A DNA stretch of 64,000 bases from an uncultured Alphaproteobacteria bacterium. Lineage in GTDB: Bacteria > Pseudomonadota > Alphaproteobacteria > Methylaequorales > Methylaequoraceae. How positions within the stretch are numbered: position 1 is the first letter of the stretch; each line of letters begins with the position of its first letter. This document shows, in pieces, positions 63,277 through 64,000 of this stretch. The notes below the pieces were generated by a model, which worked only from the letters and a program-made list of their open reading frames with translations, made no database searches and had not been told where the DNA came from. The stretch is taken from NCBI GenBank assembly GCA_902522465.1, contig CABYVV010000006.1, positions 2,387-66,386 on the forward strand, given 5' to 3'. The translations under genes and the position numbers were made by a program.

Positions 63277-63894
63277 TTACATTTCCAAAACATCTGAAAA
63301 AAAATTTTTAATTCTTTGGTCATGCGTAGAAACTATCAAAGAGGATTCTGTTTTTTTTGCTTGTTTTAAAATTAAATCTATTACTATTTTAGCATTAGAG
63401 TCATCAAGTCCTGATGTAGGTTCGTCTGCAAAGATTACTTTTGGACTATTTACTAAACATCGTGCAACTGCAACTCTTTGTGATTCTCCAAAACTCAAAT
63501 TTTTTACCATTTTATTTTCTATTGCTTTTAAACCTAGAGTTTGAATTAAATTTTCCACATTTAAAGAATTTTTATTATTACTCGCAATCTGAATATTTTG
63601 CTTGGCATTTAAATGACCAATCAAATGAAGTTTTTGAAAGATAAAACCAAAGTTTGAAAATCTTAAATTATCAATTTCAACTTCATTAAGTTCTGAGTAA
63701 ATGTAATTTTCAAAAGCTATATCCCCGCTTGTTGGTTTCAGCAAACCTGAGAGCAAATTGATTAGGGTGGTTTTTCCACAACCTGATGGACCGTGAATTA
63801 ATAAATGCTGTCCATCATTTATCTTGAAGCTTTTTTCTGATATTATCTTAGTGTCATTAACTTCATATTTAATATTTTTTATTTCAAATAACAT
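63277..63894 (-). CDS. ABC transporter ATP-binding protein (LolD/ZrgB-like)
   Basis: GPSGCGKTT, LSFGE.QRVA, FADEPT, STHD; start placed at ATG MLFE. Confidence 0.9.
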   Translation of the reverse strand: MLFEIKNIKYEVNDTKIISEKSFKINDGQHLLIHGPSGCGKTTLINLLSGLLKPTSGDIAFENYIYSELNEVEIDNLRFSNFGFIFQKLHLIGHLNAKQNIQIASNNKNSLNVENLIQTLGLKAIENKMVKNLSFGESQRVAVARCLVNSPKVIFADEPTSGLDDSNAKIVIDLILKQAKKTESSLIVSTHDQRIKNFFSDVLEM

Positions 63895-64000
63895 TGCAAA
63901 GTAATTGTAATTATACCCAATAAGTTTGAAACGACAATGAAAATTGGTCAATAGAATAGTTAATAACTGTTATATTAGCTTGAAACAATATTAAGTTTCA

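Overview
Very AT-rich, tightly packed chromosome segment of a streamlined, probably marine, alphaproteobacterium (permuted two-piece tmRNA divergent from thyX; dcd-murA-hisG-hisD-infA-maf-tRNA-Phe and hflK-hflC-degP-miaA-ilv gene orders). Most of 6.9-58.7 kb is housekeeping: cell wall, LPS glycosyltransferases, His/Ile/Val/Leu synthesis, glyQS, mreBCD-mrdA-rodA. Four things stand out. (1) A ~4.5 kb restriction-modification island downstream of glmS is bounded by a second, synonymously recoded copy of the glmS 3' end (SVTVE*). (2) A complete tRNA-Thr(GGU) cloverleaf has a rewired D/T-loop elbow and ends 2 nt before a symporter start codon. (3) An operon after apt encodes a MotA/TolQ-like channel, a partner with the MotB/ExbD-type transmembrane Asp but a different periplasmic domain, a membrane protein and a lipoprotein, and looks like an uncharacterised ion-driven motor. 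(4) An accessory region after tmRNA holds an unannotated 49-aa, 14-Cys metallothionein-like ORF, zur with a Zur box, and a Zrg-like ABC system with a His/Glu-rich insert. All family calls come from motif recognition by eye; no database searches were run.
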